From an uncultured Candidatus Saccharibacteria bacterium (GTDB lineage: Bacteria; Patescibacteriota; Saccharimonadia; Saccharimonadales; CAZDQS01), in assembly GCA_964507855.1 (NCBI GenBank), contig CAZDQS010000001.1, positions 230,121 to 294,120 of the forward strand: a DNA stretch of 64,000 nucleotides, read 5' to 3'. Shown piece after piece: positions 62,858 to 64,000 of this stretch. Each line of letters begins with the position of its first letter. The first letter of the stretch is position 1. Under the pieces are notes generated by a model. That model had not been told where the DNA came from, did not search any database, and saw only the letters and a program-made list of their open reading frames with translations. Made by a program: the position numbers and the translations under genes.

Positions 62858-63319
62858 ATGAACTCGCCTACATTGTTTCAGTACTGTCAAAAACTTATAG
62901 TACTTTCAGATGACAAAACAAAAGTTTTATTAGCAAAACGCAAGGGTGAAGCTGATTACGATGGTGTTTACTCATTCATTGGCGGAAAGATGGAAACGAC
63001 AGATGAGACACTTTTGGCAGGTATGAAGCGGGAAAAAGATGAAGAAATCGGCAAAGATGCAAAAATAGCAGTATTGCCCAATGAAACGTACAATCTGCTT
63101 TTTCGCAAAAAAGATGGAAATTGCATGGTCTTACCTCACATTGCTAGTATTTTTGTTTCAGGCGATATTAAACTGAACGAAGAATACAGCGACTACAAGT
63201 GGATTACATTGGACAAACTTGAAGAATTTCAGCCAAAGATCGAAAATATCCCTGAGCTTGCAAAATGGGCTCATAAGAAGCTACAAAACCTAAAGATTGA
63301 TCAGCTGGTACAAATATAA
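62858..63319 (+). CDS. NUDIX hydrolase (low-GC cassette)
   Basis: Nudix box GGKMETTDETLLAGMKREKDEEIG; about 38% GC by eye. Confidence 0.8.
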   Translation: MNSPTLFQYCQKLIVLSDDKTKVLLAKRKGEADYDGVYSFIGGKMETTDETLLAGMKREKDEEIGKDAKIAVLPNETYNLLFRKKDGNCMVLPHIASIFVSGDIKLNEEYSDYKWITLDKLEEFQPKIENIPELAKWAHKKLQNLKIDQLVQI

Positions 63320-63410
63320 CTTCTTGGATTACTCATAAGATTAGTAGAGACTGAATCTACTACAGCCCTCCATACAAAATGCCTCACGATAAGTGGGGCT
63401 TTTTGTATGG

Positions 63411-63553
63411 CAAGACTACAAGCTGGGATTCGAACGGGTTTGCCGGTGGCAAACCCCGGACCCGAAGCCACAAAGTTGCTGGTAGCAAGTTTGCGGTGGA
63501 GTAGGCCAGCACATTTTGTGCTCGGCCCCAGGCGAATCCCATATGGCCCTCCA
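63411..63553 (+). repeat. tRNA-Lys-derived module with an inverted T-arm copy at the 5' end and a direct 3' end copy
   Basis: CTGGGATTCGAAC.. (reverse complement of the T arm) ... hairpins ... GGCGAATCCCATATGGCCCTCCA. Confidence 0.5.
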
Positions 63554-63614
63554 AATTGATTCATTTAAATTATACGAGTTCCCAAAATGGCCCTCCAGGC
63601 ATAAGAACTATGAA

Positions 63615-63638
63615 TACCTCGTCTCTGAGGTATTTTTG
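63615..63638 (+). terminator. Terminator hairpin after the last GGCCCTCCA copy
   Basis: ACCTC GTCTCT GAGGT ATTTTTGTTT. Confidence 0.55.
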
Positions 63639-63655
63639 TTTGCTACCATATACGT

Positions 63656-64000
63656 ATGGTAGATATCTTTGTAGAGGAAAATTGCAACAACGCACCAAAA
63701 AAGCAATTTGTGAAAGACTTCTTAATCGCTATTGCGACCTCAGACCTTGAAGCAGTCGCGAATATGCTTGATGATAATGTCACCCTGGAAGCGGTGGGCC
63801 ATAAGATGATTAGTGAAAAAGAATCTGTAATGCGGGCATTGGTTGAAAATAATACATTGAGAGGGGTATTTAAGCTGACTGTTCGCAACATACTCAGTCA
63901 TGGTAACAAATGCGCAGCCGAGGGTGTCATGAGTTATAAAGATGGTAGTGAAGTTGCGTTCTGTGGCATTTACACATTTACGAGCCACAGTAAAGATGCA
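63656..64000 (+). CDS. SnoaL/NTF2-like fold protein, N-terminal 115 codons; runs off the window end
   Basis: Own translation MVDIFVEENCNNAPKKQFVKDFLIAIATSDLEAVANMLDDNVTLEAVGHKMISEKESVMRAL..AAEGVMSYKDGSEVAFCGIYTF. ATG lies 6 nt after TGcTACCAT. Confidence 0.5.
   Translation, partial: MVDIFVEENCNNAPKKQFVKDFLIAIATSDLEAVANMLDDNVTLEAVGHKMISEKESVMRALVENNTLRGVFKLTVRNILSHGNKCAAEGVMSYKDGSEVAFCGIYTFTSHSKDA

Noticed and set aside
1-64000. CRISPR arrays, rRNA genes, IS transposases and alternative genetic code (UGA recoding)
   Set aside because: I saw no regularly spaced direct repeats with unique spacers, no rRNA-like conserved blocks and no transposase-like ORFs. TGA is used as a genuine stop (for example at 26165-26167, overlapping the recX start) and conserved proteins are full length under the standard code.

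Overview
About 52% GC bacterial chromosome segment, standard genetic code. Gene content looks like a small-genome, Gram-positive-type CPR/Patescibacteria organism, Saccharibacteria-like; that assignment is inference only. I call about 80 CDS and 9 tRNA genes, with no rRNA, CRISPR array or IS transposase. Core blocks in order: (1) a partial GGDEF gene, then three RimK-type ATP-grasp ligases, a retropepsin-like protease and a DUF192 protein; (2) a G8/beta-helix/dockerin exoprotein; (3) comEC, yebC, a lamin-tail-domain surface protein and ruvCAB; (4) a type IV pilus cluster (pilB-pilC-pilA-pilMNO plus minor pilins); (5) a recA ... recX operon with two inserted YdjM-like genes; (6) tsaEB, rny and ymdB; (7) an ABC1 kinase; (8) a CopB-type ATPase and a VIT transporter; (9) a sortase with its substrate; (10) an HTH-fused murA, glyA and murB; (11) a NOX-like oxidoreductase, folC and folA. 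Accessory DNA: a low-GC island of about 5.5 kb (35.1-40.6 kb) led by a large serine recombinase next to tRNA-Pro; a low-GC patch at 55.7-58.6 kb around two tRNA-Arg genes; and a low-GC NUDIX cassette after tRNA-Lys(CUU). The most unusual signal is non-coding. Nearly every tRNA locus carries partial tRNA copies fused to conserved multi-hairpin modules. Two module families recur at unlinked loci and show compensatory base changes. The 3' end of recX shows an analogous replacement footprint. About 25 genes start 6-8 nt after an extended -10 box, which suggests leaderless mRNAs. All product calls come from motif recognition by eye; no database search was run.
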